DNA of 64,000 nt from Peptococcaceae bacterium UBA6096 (GTDB taxonomy: Bacteria > Bacillota > Peptococcia > DRI-13 > UBA5745), in contig DIWW01000016.1 of the NCBI GenBank assembly GCA_002435905.1, forward strand, positions 8,389 to 72,388. The letters run 5' to 3'. The notes under the pieces are model-generated. The model searched no databases and was not told the origin of the DNA. It saw only the letters and a program-made list of their open reading frames with translations. Every line of letters begins with the position of its first letter. The stretch's first letter is position 1. The position numbers and the translations under genes are program-made. Positions 54,904-64,000 of this stretch are shown piece after piece.

Positions 54904-55770
54904 TTAATTCTCCTTCTTCCGATGGAGCGTCAGCAGTTTCGCCAGCAGCTTTTTCTGCTCCCGGCGATCTACGATCCGGTCGATATAGCCTCTTTCCAGC
55001 AAAAACTCCGCCCGCTGGAAACCTGCTGGCAGTTTCTGTTGGATGGTCTGCTGGATCACCCGCGGTCCCGCAAAGCCCACCAGCGCCCCCGGCTCCGACA
55101 GGATGATGTCTCCCAGCATGGCAAAGCTGGCCGTTACGCCGCCGGTGGTCGGATCCGTCAAAACCGGGATGTAGAGATTGCCGGCATCGCTATGCCGTTT
55201 CACGGCACCGCTGGTTTTGGCCATCTGCATCAGGGACAGGATCCCTTCCTGCATCCGGGCGCCGCCGGAGACCGTAAATCCGATCACCGGCAGATGATCT
55301 TCCGTTGCCTTCTCAAAAAGCCGGGTGATTTTTTCTCCGACGATGGTTCCCATACTGCCCATCATGAAAAAGGGCTCCATGATGAATATTCCGCAGGGCT
55401 GTCCGCCGATCATTGCGAAACCGGTGATCACCGCTTCGTTTTCAGCGCTTTCCAAGGTGGCATTGCGAAGTTTTCTGTCGTATTCAGGGAAATTCAGCCG
55501 GTTGGTGGAGGTCAGCGCTTCATCGATTTCCCGGAAACTGTCCTGGTCTGTGATCAAATTGAGCCGCTGACGGCTGTTGATTCGAAAATGATGTCCGCAT
55601 TTCGGACAGACATGCTCGTTTTCTTCCAGCTCCCCTGTGAACAGGGTTTTTTTGCAGGCAGGACAATTGACGCACATTTCATCCGGAACGCTGGGCTCGG
55701 CAAACCGTAACGCTTTATCCTTAAGCTCCAGCTCAATGACAGGTCTTTTGAACAAACTCTTTTTTAACAT
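54904..55770 (-). CDS. accD: Acetyl-CoA carboxylase carboxyltransferase subunit beta
   Basis: Zn ribbon CPACK...CPKCGHH. Start at ATG 55770 with AGGGGA RBS; the alternative GTG at 55788 overlaps the accC stop. Confidence 0.9.
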   Translation of the reverse strand: MLKKSLFKRPVIELELKDKALRFAEPSVPDEMCVNCPACKKTLFTGELEENEHVCPKCGHHFRINSRQRLNLITDQDSFREIDEALTSTNRLNFPEYDRKLRNATLESAENEAVITGFAMIGGQPCGIFIMEPFFMMGSMGTIVGEKITRLFEKATEDHLPVIGFTVSGGARMQEGILSLMQMAKTSGAVKRHSDAGNLYIPVLTDPTTGGVTASFAMLGDIILSEPGALVGFAGPRVIQQTIQQKLPAGFQRAEFLLERGYIDRIVDRREQKKLLAKLLTLHRKKEN

Positions 55771-55784
55771 GGTTATCCCCTGCC

Positions 55785-57119
55785 TCACTTCAGCTCATTG
55801 AGAAAGTTCGTTGTGTAGGTGCCGTCAATAAAGGCCGGTTCGGAAATCAGCCGAAGCTGCAAATCCCGGTTATGGTGGATCCCTTCGATGACCAGCTCAC
55901 ACAAAGCAGCCTGCATCTTGACCAGGGCCTCTTTCCGCGTCTTGCCGTGAACGATCAGCTTTCCGATCAGGGAGTCGTAAAAAGGCGGAATTTCATAGTC
56001 CTGGAACAGCGCCGTATCAAACCGCACCTCCGGGCCTCCCGGAATGTGCAGAAGGCTGACCGTACCGCTGCAGGGCTGAAAGTTTTTTTCAGGATTCTCC
56101 GCGTTGATCCGGCATTCCAGGGCATGGCCGGAAAATTGGACGTCTTCCTGGGTAAAATTCAGCTGCAGGCCGCCGGCAACACGGATCTGCCATTTGACCA
56201 GGTCCAAACCCGTCAGCATTTCCGTGACCGGATGCTCCACTTGGAGCCGGGTGTTCATTTCCATGAAATAAAATTTGCCGTCACGGGCCAATAAAAATTC
56301 TAAGGTGCCCAGGCCTTGGTAGCCAACCGCCAACGCTGCCTTCACCGACAAGTCCATCAGCTTCTGGCGCATCTTCGGCGTCAGGGCCATGGAGGGGCTT
56401 TCCTCGATCAGTTTCTGGTTCTTACGCTGCATGGAGCATTCCCGCTCCCCCAGGCAAACGCAGTGTCCGGCGCTGTCGCACAGGATTTGGGTCTCAATAT
56501 GCTTCACAGGGAACAGGAACTTTTCAAGGTATAAGCCTCCGTCACCGAAGGCTGCCTGGGCTTCCGCCGAGGCCGACATAAAAGCGCCGGCCAGTTCCCT
56601 TTCTTCATTCACGATGCGGATCCCCCGGCCTCCGCCGCCGGACCGGGCCTTCAGCAGGACCGGGTAGCCGATCCGGTTTGCCAGGGCCAGCGCTTCCTGA
56701 GGATTTTCCAGCCGCTGGCTTCCGGGAATAATCGGCAGTCCGGCCGCTTCCATGGTCTGGCGGGCTTCGTCCTTATCACCCATTCTGCGGATCACATCCG
56801 AGGCGGGCCCGATGAATACCAGATTGCAGCGGGAACATAAATCTGCAAAACGAGCGTTCTCCGATAACAAACCGTAGCCGGGATGGATGGCCTGGGCGCC
56901 GCTGGCGATGGCTGTGGACAGGATTGCCTGGATATTTAAATAACTCTGCTGTGCCGGTGCCGGTCCGATGCAATAGCTTTCATCTGCCAGCTTCACATGC
57001 AAAGCTTCCTTGTCTGCCTGAGAATAAACAGCCACGGTGGCAATCCCCATCTCTTTGCAGGCTCTGATGATTCGTACTGCGATCTCGCCCCGATTAGCGA
57101 TCAATACTTTTGAAAACAC
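55785..57119 (-). CDS. accC: Biotin carboxylase
   Basis: MFSKVLIANRGEIAVRIIRA. ATP-grasp fold. Confidence 0.95.
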   Translation of the reverse strand: MFSKVLIANRGEIAVRIIRACKEMGIATVAVYSQADKEALHVKLADESYCIGPAPAQQSYLNIQAILSTAIASGAQAIHPGYGLLSENARFADLCSRCNLVFIGPASDVIRRMGDKDEARQTMEAAGLPIIPGSQRLENPQEALALANRIGYPVLLKARSGGGGRGIRIVNEERELAGAFMSASAEAQAAFGDGGLYLEKFLFPVKHIETQILCDSAGHCVCLGERECSMQRKNQKLIEESPSMALTPKMRQKLMDLSVKAALAVGYQGLGTLEFLLARDGKFYFMEMNTRLQVEHPVTEMLTGLDLVKWQIRVAGGLQLNFTQEDVQFSGHALECRINAENPEKNFQPCSGTVSLLHIPGGPEVRFDTALFQDYEIPPFYDSLIGKLIVHGKTRKEALVKMQAALCELVIEGIHHNRDLQLRLISEPAFIDGTYTTNFLNELK

Positions 57120-57137
57120 GCCGTGGCCTCCTTCCGA

Positions 57138-57563
57138 TTATTTGGTTTCATGGTCAACCAGGGCAAAGGAAAATTCGCCGGTGATGGCCACCACGCCGTC
57201 CACCGTGCCCCGGCCGGAGGCAAAATAAAAAGGCGGTTTGGCTTTGGTCATCTGACAATGCATTTCCAAGGTGTCTCCGGGCTTCACCGGCTTCTTGAAC
57301 CGGACATTGTTGAGTCCCGTATAATAAGGCGTCTTGCCGATGGCTTTTTCCACTAGAAAAGCACAGCATACCTGGGCCATGATCTCACAGAGGATGACGC
57401 CGGGCACCACCGGATTTCCCGGAAAGTGACCCTGCAAAAACCATTCATCCCCCCGAACCGTATAGCGGCCCAGGGCATTGCCTTCGGCGTCTTGTTCCAC
57501 CTCATCCAACAGCAGCATAGGCTCCCGATGGGGCAGGATCTTTTTGATTGCTTCGCGGTCCAT
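57138..57563 (-). CDS. fabZ: 3-hydroxyacyl-ACP dehydratase
   Basis: LPHREPMLLLD and HFPGNPVVPGV motifs. Confidence 0.95.
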   Translation of the reverse strand: MDREAIKKILPHREPMLLLDEVEQDAEGNALGRYTVRGDEWFLQGHFPGNPVVPGVILCEIMAQVCCAFLVEKAIGKTPYYTGLNNVRFKKPVKPGDTLEMHCQMTKAKPPFYFASGRGTVDGVVAITGEFSFALVDHETK

Positions 57564-57566
57564 CGC

Positions 57567-57995
57567 TTACTCCTTTGCCAGCTTGAACAAAACCTGGCCG
57601 TATTCCACGACCTGTGCGTTCTCCGCGCAGATCTCCACGACCCGGCCGGAGGTTTCAGCTGTGATTTCGTTCAAAAGTTTCATCGCTTCAATAATACAGA
57701 CCACATCGCCCATATTGACATAGTCGCCCACTTTCACGAAGGGCTCAGCCTCCGGAGAAGGCGCCTGATAAAACAATCCCACCATGGGCGACTTGATTTC
57801 TTCGTAGTTGCCGGCTGCCGCGGGAACCAAAACAGGTTCAGCCTGGCTTGGCAGCGAAACCGCAATGGGTTTCTCAGCGGCTGCCACGGGTTGGCGTTCC
57901 AAATGGATAATGGTCTCGCCTTCCGTAATTTCTACCAGGGACAAACCGCTTTCTTTCATAATGGCGGCAATTTCCCGGATATTTTCATAATTCAT
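57567..57995 (-). CDS. accB: Biotin carboxyl carrier protein
   Basis: [11 protein letters not shown] biotinylation motif. Confidence 0.9.
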   Translation of the reverse strand: MNYENIREIAAIMKESGLSLVEITEGETIIHLERQPVAAAEKPIAVSLPSQAEPVLVPAAAGNYEEIKSPMVGLFYQAPSPEAEPFVKVGDYVNMGDVVCIIEAMKLLNEITAETSGRVVEICAENAQVVEYGQVLFKLAKE

Positions 57996-58041
57996 GCCAT
58001 CACGGCCCTTTCAAATCATTCTTAGGTTCTTGCGCTGGTTA

Positions 58042-59280
58042 TTATTCAGGCCACCGCTTAAAGGCAACGCAGCCATTGTGGCCGCCGAAGCCAAGGGACA
58101 GGGACAAAGCAAGATCCGCTTGGGTTTTTCTTGCTGTATTAGGGATATAATCCAAATCGCAGGCCTCGTCCTTTTCCTGATAACCGATGGTGGGCGGCAG
58201 GACCCCGTTTTGGAGCGCCAGGACAGAAGCAATGGCTTCCACCGCGCCAGCCGCGCCCAGCATATGGCCTGTCATGGATTTGGTGGAGCTGATGGCGGCT
58301 TCGTAGGCTTTTTCACCCAAGGCATTTTTGATGGCCTGGGTTTCTGCCTTGTCATTAAGGGGGGTGCTGGTCCCATGGGCGTTGATGTAGATCATTTCCG
58401 TTCCGATCAAGTCGGACTCTTCCATGGCCTGCTTCAGCGCGCGGCCGCTGCAGAGGGCCTCGGGATGGGGCGCTGTGATATGGTACGCATCACAGGTATT
58501 GCCATAGCCGGTGATCTCCGCGTAGATTTTCGCGCCGCGGGCTTTGGCATGCTCATATTCTTCCAGAATGAGGGTTCCGGCGCCTTCGCCCATCACAAAG
58601 CCATCCCGGCGTTTGTCGAAAGGGATCGAGGATTCCGCCGGCAGGTTCCGGGTGGTCAATGCCATACAATTGGTAAACCCTGCAACCGCCAGGGGAACGA
58701 TGGTGGCTTCGGTGCCGCCGGCAATGATGGCGTCGGCATAGCCGTGCTTTATGGCTCGATAGGCTTCCCCGATGGCATGGGTGGATGTGGCGCAAGCGGT
58801 CACCACCGGCAAGGAAGGCCCTTGGGCATTGAACCGGATGGCAACATTTCCCGAAGCCATGTTGGCGATCATCATGGGGATAAAGAAGGGGGAGATCCTT
58901 CCTGGCCCATTGGTCAGGTACTTTTCAGCTTCTTTGAGATAAACCTGCATGCCGCCGGTGCCGGAGCCTACATAAACCCCCAGACGCGCCGGATCGATCT
59001 TGCCCTCCAGGCCGCTGTCCGCCATGGCCTGGATCGATGCCGCCATGGCATACTGAACAAAGGGATCCATTTTTTTCGCTTCGCTTTTATCCACCCAAGC
59101 TGCCGGATCAAAATCTTTGACTTCGGCGGCAATTTTTACCTTGAAGTTGGACGTATCGAATTTCGTGATAAAATCAATGCCGCATTGGCCGTTCACCAGA
59201 TTCTGCCAAAACTCGGGCACACTGTTGCCCACCGGTGATATAACGCCCAAGCCTGTTACAACGACTCTTTTCATAGTCAT
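58042..59280 (-). CDS. fabF: 3-oxoacyl-ACP synthase II
   Basis: MKRVVVTGLGVISPVGN and the active-site region ACATS. Confidence 0.95.
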   Translation of the reverse strand: MTMKRVVVTGLGVISPVGNSVPEFWQNLVNGQCGIDFITKFDTSNFKVKIAAEVKDFDPAAWVDKSEAKKMDPFVQYAMAASIQAMADSGLEGKIDPARLGVYVGSGTGGMQVYLKEAEKYLTNGPGRISPFFIPMMIANMASGNVAIRFNAQGPSLPVVTACATSTHAIGEAYRAIKHGYADAIIAGGTEATIVPLAVAGFTNCMALTTRNLPAESSIPFDKRRDGFVMGEGAGTLILEEYEHAKARGAKIYAEITGYGNTCDAYHITAPHPEALCSGRALKQAMEESDLIGTEMIYINAHGTSTPLNDKAETQAIKNALGEKAYEAAISSTKSMTGHMLGAAGAVEAIASVLALQNGVLPPTIGYQEKDEACDLDYIPNTARKTQADLALSLSLGFGGHNGCVAFKRWPE

Positions 59281-60362
59281 AATTTCCCTTCTGCATATTC
59301 AAGCGCCAGGTCTTGAAACAATTGCTTAACTGAAACGATCTCTTTGATCCGATAGCCATTGGCTCCGATAAAGGCGAAACCATCCTTCATCCTGCCTCTG
59401 CAAGCATTGATCAACGCAACGGAAATACAATAGGGACTGGAATCCGGTTTGCAGGTTGAGATGCAGTGGAAGGGACAGTTGGCCGGCCGCTTTTCCCCCT
59501 GACTGACTTTCTCCAGGAACACATTGCGAATGGCTCTTCCCGGCATGCCCACCGGACTTTGGATGATTTCGATGTCTTCTTCTTTACAATTCAAATAGGC
59601 TTGTTTAAATTCCATATCCGCGTCGCACTCGTCGGTGGTCACAAAGCGGGTCGCCATCTGCACTGCGCTGGCACCCATCTCCAGGAACCGTTTCATGTCG
59701 CCGCCGGTAAAAATACCGCCTGCCGCAATCACCGGGATCTTCCGGCCGCTCTCTTCTTCCAGGGGCCGGACCGCTTCAAGGACCTGCGGCACCAGTTTTT
59801 CCAATTGGTATTCCGGATCCTCGATCTGCTCTCGTTTGAAGCCCAGATGGCCGCCGGCCATGGGTCCCTCCACAACAAAGGCATCCGGTATATAGTTGTA
59901 TTTTTCCTTCCACCATTTGCTGATCACCTTGACGGCTTTGGCAGAAGATACGATGGGCACCAGTTTGGTTTTGCCGTCCAAGCCGGCGACTTCCGGCAGA
60001 TTCAAAGGCAGGCCTGCCCCTGCAAAAATCACGTCAATGCCTTCCTCAACAGCGGCCTTGGCCAACTCCGCGAAGTCCGACAAGGCAACCATGATGTTGA
60101 TGCCCAAAACGCCCTTGGTCTTGGCTCGGGCGTTGCGGATCTCTTCCTTGACCGCCCGGACGTTGTCGATTTTCCCGGGTTCTTCGCTGTTTTTCCGGAT
60201 CATGCCGATGCCGGCCGCCGAAATAACACCCAAACCGCCTTCATTGGCGACGGCGGCGGCTAATCCCGACAGGGAAATGCCGACGCCCATACCGCCCTGG
60301 ACGATGGGGATCGGTACGGTCAGATTGCCGATTTGGAGTGGTTCACAATCAAAATGCACCAT
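59277..60362 (-). CDS. Nitronate monooxygenase/FabK-like FMN oxidoreductase with Cys-rich C-terminal extension
   Basis: PIVQGGMGVGIS and AGGIFTGGD are TIM-barrel FMN motifs. C-terminal CPFHCISTCKPDSSPYC. Start at M19 with GAGGA RBS. Confidence 0.7.
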   Translation of the reverse strand: MVHFDCEPLQIGNLTVPIPIVQGGMGVGISLSGLAAAVANEGGLGVISAAGIGMIRKNSEEPGKIDNVRAVKEEIRNARAKTKGVLGINIMVALSDFAELAKAAVEEGIDVIFAGAGLPLNLPEVAGLDGKTKLVPIVSSAKAVKVISKWWKEKYNYIPDAFVVEGPMAGGHLGFKREQIEDPEYQLEKLVPQVLEAVRPLEEESGRKIPVIAAGGIFTGGDMKRFLEMGASAVQMATRFVTTDECDADMEFKQAYLNCKEEDIEIIQSPVGMPGRAIRNVFLEKVSQGEKRPANCPFHCISTCKPDSSPYCISVALINACRGRMKDGFAFIGANGYRIKEIVSVKQLFQDLALEYAEGKL

Positions 60363-60419
60363 GGTTTCCTCACTTCTCCGGTCAACCGGAATAAATTCAT
60401 TTGCAGCTCCGTCCATGGT

Positions 60420-61160
60420 TTACATGCAAAGTCCGCCATCCACCTGGATCACAGCGCCTGTCATATAACCTGCCTCATCGCTGGCCAGAAAGGCCACCGC
60501 GTGGGCAATGTCTTCCGGCGTCCCCATGCGCTTCAGGGGGATCGCCGCCACCGTGGCTTCTTTAACTTTTTCCTGCAGTCCCTGGGTCATATCCGTTTCA
60601 ATGAATCCCGGGGCCACTGCGTTGCAGGTCACATTGCGCAAGGCCAGCTCTTTGGCCACCGCTTTGGTCAGCCCGATCATCCCTGCCTTGGCTGCCGAGT
60701 AGTTGGCCTGCCCGGCATTTCCGGTGATCCCGGAGACGGAGGCGATGTTGATGATCCGGCCGCTTCGGCGCTTCATAAATAATGGATAGGTATGCTTGAT
60801 CATATTGAAGGCGCCCTTAAGATTGGTGTCAAGCACCAAGTCAAAGTCCGCTTCTTTCATGGACAGAACCAAGCTGTCCCGGATGATGCCCGCATTATTG
60901 ACCAGGATGTGGATGTCTCCGCATTCCTGGGTCACTTGTTTGACCAGCTGGGCCGTGGCCTCAAAATCTGCCACGTTGCAGCAATAGGCTGCCGCTTTAA
61001 CGCCCAATTGGCGGATCTGCTCACAGGTTTCGGCCGCGGCCGCTTCATTGCCTGCGTAGACGATCACAATATCCGCGCCGCAGGCTGCCAGCTTCAAAGC
61101 GATAGCTTTGCCGATCCCTCTGGAACCTCCGGTGATTAACGCTGTCTTTCCCTTCAGCAT
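60420..61160 (-). CDS. fabG: 3-oxoacyl-ACP reductase
   Basis: ALITGGSRGIG and the YSAAK catalytic motif. Start at ATG 61160 with AAGGAGG RBS. Confidence 0.95.
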   Translation of the reverse strand: MLKGKTALITGGSRGIGKAIALKLAACGADIVIVYAGNEAAAAETCEQIRQLGVKAAAYCCNVADFEATAQLVKQVTQECGDIHILVNNAGIIRDSLVLSMKEADFDLVLDTNLKGAFNMIKHTYPLFMKRRSGRIINIASVSGITGNAGQANYSAAKAGMIGLTKAVAKELALRNVTCNAVAPGFIETDMTQGLQEKVKEATVAAIPLKRMGTPEDIAHAVAFLASDEAGYMTGAVIQVDGGLCM

Positions 61161-61170
61161 GGCTGCCTCC

Positions 61171-62094
61171 TTATTTGCTGTCATTGTCGAACAATGCCTG
61201 AACGGCGGTCACACCCTGCATGTCTTCCACGTTCAGGGCCTTGGCCTCCGGAACGATCTTCCGGATCAGTCCGGTCAAGGTTTTCCCCGCGCCGACCTCC
61301 ACAAAGATTTCTGTGCCGGCCGCCGTCATGGCTTCGATGCTGCGCTGCCAATAAACAGGATGGTTCACCTGATCCGCGATGGTCTCTTTGATCCGCTGCC
61401 CGTAAGACTCTGCGTTCAGGTTGGAGTAAACCGGCATCACTGGTTCTTTTAGTTGGAGGGGCTCCAAGGCCTGAACCAAACCGGCGTGAACTTCATTCAT
61501 AAAAGGGGAGTGAAACCCGCCGCTGACCGGCAGGAGCAATGCCTTGCCGCCCGCAGCCTGGATCGCTTGGCTGAATTCAGGCTGCTTCTCTTTGGAAATG
61601 GCCACCACCGTCTGCTCCTGGCTGTTGTAATTCACAGGATAGGCCGCTTCAAAGGCTCGGCACACGTCTTCCACCTGGGAACCTGACAGCTTCAGGACCG
61701 CCAGCATGGCGCTGGGATTTTTTTCAGAGGCAGCTTTCATAAGCGCAGCCCGTTGGCATACAAAACGGAAGCCTTCCGCGAAATCGAAGACGCCGGCAAA
61801 GGTCAAGGCTGCGATCTCTCCCAAAGAAAATCCCGCAACCCAGTTCGGCTGGATACCGCTGGCTTGCAGCGTGTATGCCGCGGCCAGGTCCACGCAAAAC
61901 AGACAAGGCTGTGTATTCGCGGTATCTGCCAGTTCCGCCGGAGTACCTTCAAAGCATTGTGCGATGATTCCGGGCCGAATGGCTTCCGCCTGGTCAAAGA
62001 CAGCCTTTGCGGCTGCGCTTCCTTCGTAAAGGTCGCGTCCCATGCCGCTGTATTGAGCGCCTTGACCTGCGAAAACAAAGGCAGTCTTAACCAT
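61171..62094 (-). CDS. fabD: Malonyl-CoA:ACP transacylase
   Basis: FAGQGAQY and the active-site GFSLGE. Confidence 0.95.
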   Translation of the reverse strand: MVKTAFVFAGQGAQYSGMGRDLYEGSAAAKAVFDQAEAIRPGIIAQCFEGTPAELADTANTQPCLFCVDLAAAYTLQASGIQPNWVAGFSLGEIAALTFAGVFDFAEGFRFVCQRAALMKAASEKNPSAMLAVLKLSGSQVEDVCRAFEAAYPVNYNSQEQTVVAISKEKQPEFSQAIQAAGGKALLLPVSGGFHSPFMNEVHAGLVQALEPLQLKEPVMPVYSNLNAESYGQRIKETIADQVNHPVYWQRSIEAMTAAGTEIFVEVGAGKTLTGLIRKIVPEAKALNVEDMQGVTAVQALFDNDSK

Positions 62095-63028
62095 TGGAAG
62101 GCCTCCTTAACAAAGCTTCGGCCTCCTCAAACATTTCCCGGATGATTTCGGCGGCTGGCAGTTCTTTTTTAACCATGGCCGCGATTTGTCCCGCCATAAA
62201 GCATCCTGTTTTTTCATCACCTTCCACAGCGGCCCTGCGCAAAGCGCCGGCGCCCATGGCCTCCAGCTGTTCGTTGGAGATGGTGCTGTCAAATTCCTTC
62301 TGGGCGAAATCACGGGAGAACGGGTTTTTCAGAGAACGCACCGGATGGCCCAGCCGTTTTCCGGTGGAGATGGTATCAATATCTTTGGCCTTTAAAATCT
62401 TGTTTTTATACGTGCGATGGACTTGGCATTCATCCGCAACCAGGAACCGGGTCCCCACCTGGACACCCACGGCGCCCAGCATGAAAACAGCTGCGATACC
62501 CCGACCGTCGGCAATCCCGCCGGCTGCGATCACAGGAATACTCACTGCGTCACAAACCTGGGGCACCAAGGTCATGGTGGTCAATTCACCGATATGGCCG
62601 CCGGATTCACAGCCCTCTGCGATCACTGCGGCGGCGCCGTTGCGGGCCACCAGCTTGGCGATGGCCGTGGAAGGAACCACCGGGATCACTTTGATGCCGG
62701 CAGCCACCCAATCGGCCATATATTTGGAAGGATTCCCTGCCCCGGTGGTGACCACCGGGATCTTTTCCTCAATGACCACCTTGGCCACTTCGTCGGCAAA
62801 GGGGCTCATCAGCATGATATTGACGCCGAAAGGCTTGTCCGTCATGGTTCTGGCCTTGGCGATCTCCTTGCGCAGCCAGGCTGCGTCGGCATTCATGGCT
62901 GAAATGATCCCCAATCCGCCGCCATTGGATACTGCGGCCGCCAGATGGGCATCGGCAATCCAGGCCATACCGCCCTGGATGATGGGATAATCAATTCCCA
63001 ACAGATCACAAATAACAGTCCGGATCAT
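62087..63028 (-). CDS. fabK: Enoyl-ACP reductase II (FMN-dependent)
   Basis: YPIIQGGMAWIADA and AAGGIADGRG. Its position between acpP and fabD is typical for fabK. Confidence 0.85.
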   Translation of the reverse strand: MIRTVICDLLGIDYPIIQGGMAWIADAHLAAAVSNGGGLGIISAMNADAAWLRKEIAKARTMTDKPFGVNIMLMSPFADEVAKVVIEEKIPVVTTGAGNPSKYMADWVAAGIKVIPVVPSTAIAKLVARNGAAAVIAEGCESGGHIGELTTMTLVPQVCDAVSIPVIAAGGIADGRGIAAVFMLGAVGVQVGTRFLVADECQVHRTYKNKILKAKDIDTISTGKRLGHPVRSLKNPFSRDFAQKEFDSTISNEQLEAMGAGALRRAAVEGDEKTGCFMAGQIAAMVKKELPAAEIIREMFEEAEALLRRPSNG

Positions 63029-63032
63029 TGGA

Positions 63033-63251
63033 TTACTTCCCTTCGTCGATCAGTTTTACAATATCTTTGACCTGATGCAATTCTTCTTCCATTTCGATGG
63101 GACGGCCGAATTCTTCTTCCATGGTCATGATCAGTTCGACCATGTCCAGGGAGTCCAGTTCAAGGTCCCGCAAATTGGTTTCCAGGGTGATGGTGGCTGC
63201 GTCGATTTCCTTGTAATCCGCCAGGATTTTTGCTACTTTTTCAAATGTCAT
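63033..63251 (-). CDS. acpP: Acyl carrier protein
   Basis: The LDSLDMVEL phosphopantetheine Ser motif. Start at M19 of the track ORF with GGAGG 9 nt upstream. Confidence 0.9.
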   Translation of the reverse strand: MTFEKVAKILADYKEIDAATITLETNLRDLELDSLDMVELIMTMEEEFGRPIEMEEELHQVKDIVKLIDEGK

Positions 63252-63353
63252 ATGATTCATCCTCCATTTTTTTGTTTTTTTGAATATCCTTAATGCTTTT
63301 GGCATTAATGCGGTGTTGCGCGGCCTGGGGCCGGTAGGCGTCGTTTCGTTAGA

Positions 63354-64000
63354 CTAACTAATTAATGCATCGCTAGCATTGCCTTCAGTGCGGGATTTGA
63401 TGACCCCCTTGGTCTCATGCCAGCGAATCAGGCAGGCGCCGGTGGTCAATCCGGCTCCGAAGGCGCTCAAGGCCAAGAGCTGGCCTTCCTTGATCTGGTC
63501 TGCCTTGTTCAGCTCATCCAGTAAAATCGGAAGGCTGGCGGCGGAGGTATTCCCGTAGCGGGCGATGTTGGATGGGAATTTTGCCTCCGGCTGGTTAAGC
63601 CGGTTCCGTACAGCCTCCAGGATCCGGCGGTTGGCCTGATGAAGAAGGAACCAGTCCACATCATCCAGGGATGCGCCATCCTTTTCAATGACCGTTTGCA
63701 GATCCCGCACGGCGGCGGCCACAGCGAATTTGTAGACTTCAGGTCCGTTCATGACCAGCCGCTCGATGGGTTTGATTTCCGGAGTCAGCGGGCAGTTCCC
63801 CCCATCCGGGCGGGCCCGAAGCAAGGCGTCATCGCCGCAGGCGGTCAAATGGGTGGTTTTTAGCCCCTGGCCTTTGGTCACCACCACAGCGCCGGCGCCA
63901 TCCGCAAAAACAATGCAGCTGCCCCGGTCCGTCCAGTCCACGATTCGGCTCATGGCCTCCGCGCAGACGATCAGGATGGTTTCAGCCCGGCCGGTCTCCA
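63354..64000 (-). CDS. fabH: 3-oxoacyl-ACP synthase III, C-terminal part (N-terminus beyond the right window edge)
   Basis: The frame stays open to 64000 (...ETILIVCAEAMSRIVDWTDRGSCIVFADGAGAVVV...). FabH-typical motifs, including HQAN and GNTSAAS. Confidence 0.9.
   Translation of the reverse strand, partial: ETGRAETILIVCAEAMSRIVDWTDRGSCIVFADGAGAVVVTKGQGLKTTHLTACGDDALLRARPDGGNCPLTPEIKPIERLVMNGPEVYKFAVAAAVRDLQTVIEKDGASLDDVDWFLLHQANRRILEAVRNRLNQPEAKFPSNIARYGNTSAASLPILLDELNKADQIKEGQLLALSAFGAGLTTGACLIRWHETKGVIKSRTEGNASDALIS

Noticed and set aside
1-64000. Searched by eye for CRISPR arrays, tRNA/rRNA genes, IS elements, transposases, integrases, reverse transcriptases and prophage genes
   Set aside because: I found no regularly spaced direct repeats, no tRNA T-arm-like GGTTCGA(A/T)TCC motifs in intergenic gaps, and no ORF with transposase, integrase or RT motifs. 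A computational scan (tRNAscan-SE, ISEScan, CRISPR detection) would be needed to be certain.

Overview
This 64-kb window looks like a Clostridia-type Firmicute chromosome. Supporting gene content: separate secD/secF, Rrf2-nifS-nifU, an L-box-controlled lysA, and a FabK-type fab/acc cluster. From ~11.5 kb onward it is almost entirely minus-strand housekeeping or metabolic operons: a TRAP transporter + Zn-dehydrogenase + split transketolase locus with a GntR regulator; AraC/Fic/hydrolase accessory genes; lysA plus an aminotransferase; GlcNAc utilisation (GH20, kinase, nagA); a GT2/GNAT/deacetylase envelope locus; Fe-S assembly; secDF; proBA-nadD-yqeK-rsfS; rubrerythrin; accABCD/fab. The first ~11.3 kb is different. 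Positions 1-~4980 are an AT-rich segment (hand-counted sample lines ~28% GC versus ~57% just downstream). It encodes NUDIX -> PLD(HKD) nuclease/SF2 helicase/DUF3427 -> exonuclease-RecQ. It is followed by an HNH nuclease / SAM methyltransferase / small protein operon, a DUF2779 PD-(D/E)XK-like protein, and a stand-alone 633-aa GHKL (MORC/Hsp90-like) ATPase. I read this as a defence-island-like accessory region and the best candidate for an undescribed system. The second notable locus is a ~750-bp ORF-free gap (44.19-44.95 kb). It carries a near-consensus promoter, a structured ~480-nt candidate RNA or leader, and a 122-nt two-tier hairpin. I found no rRNA, tRNA, CRISPR array, transposase or integrase. 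All functional calls rest on motif recognition by eye from the ORF track and my own translations. No database search or folding computation was run.
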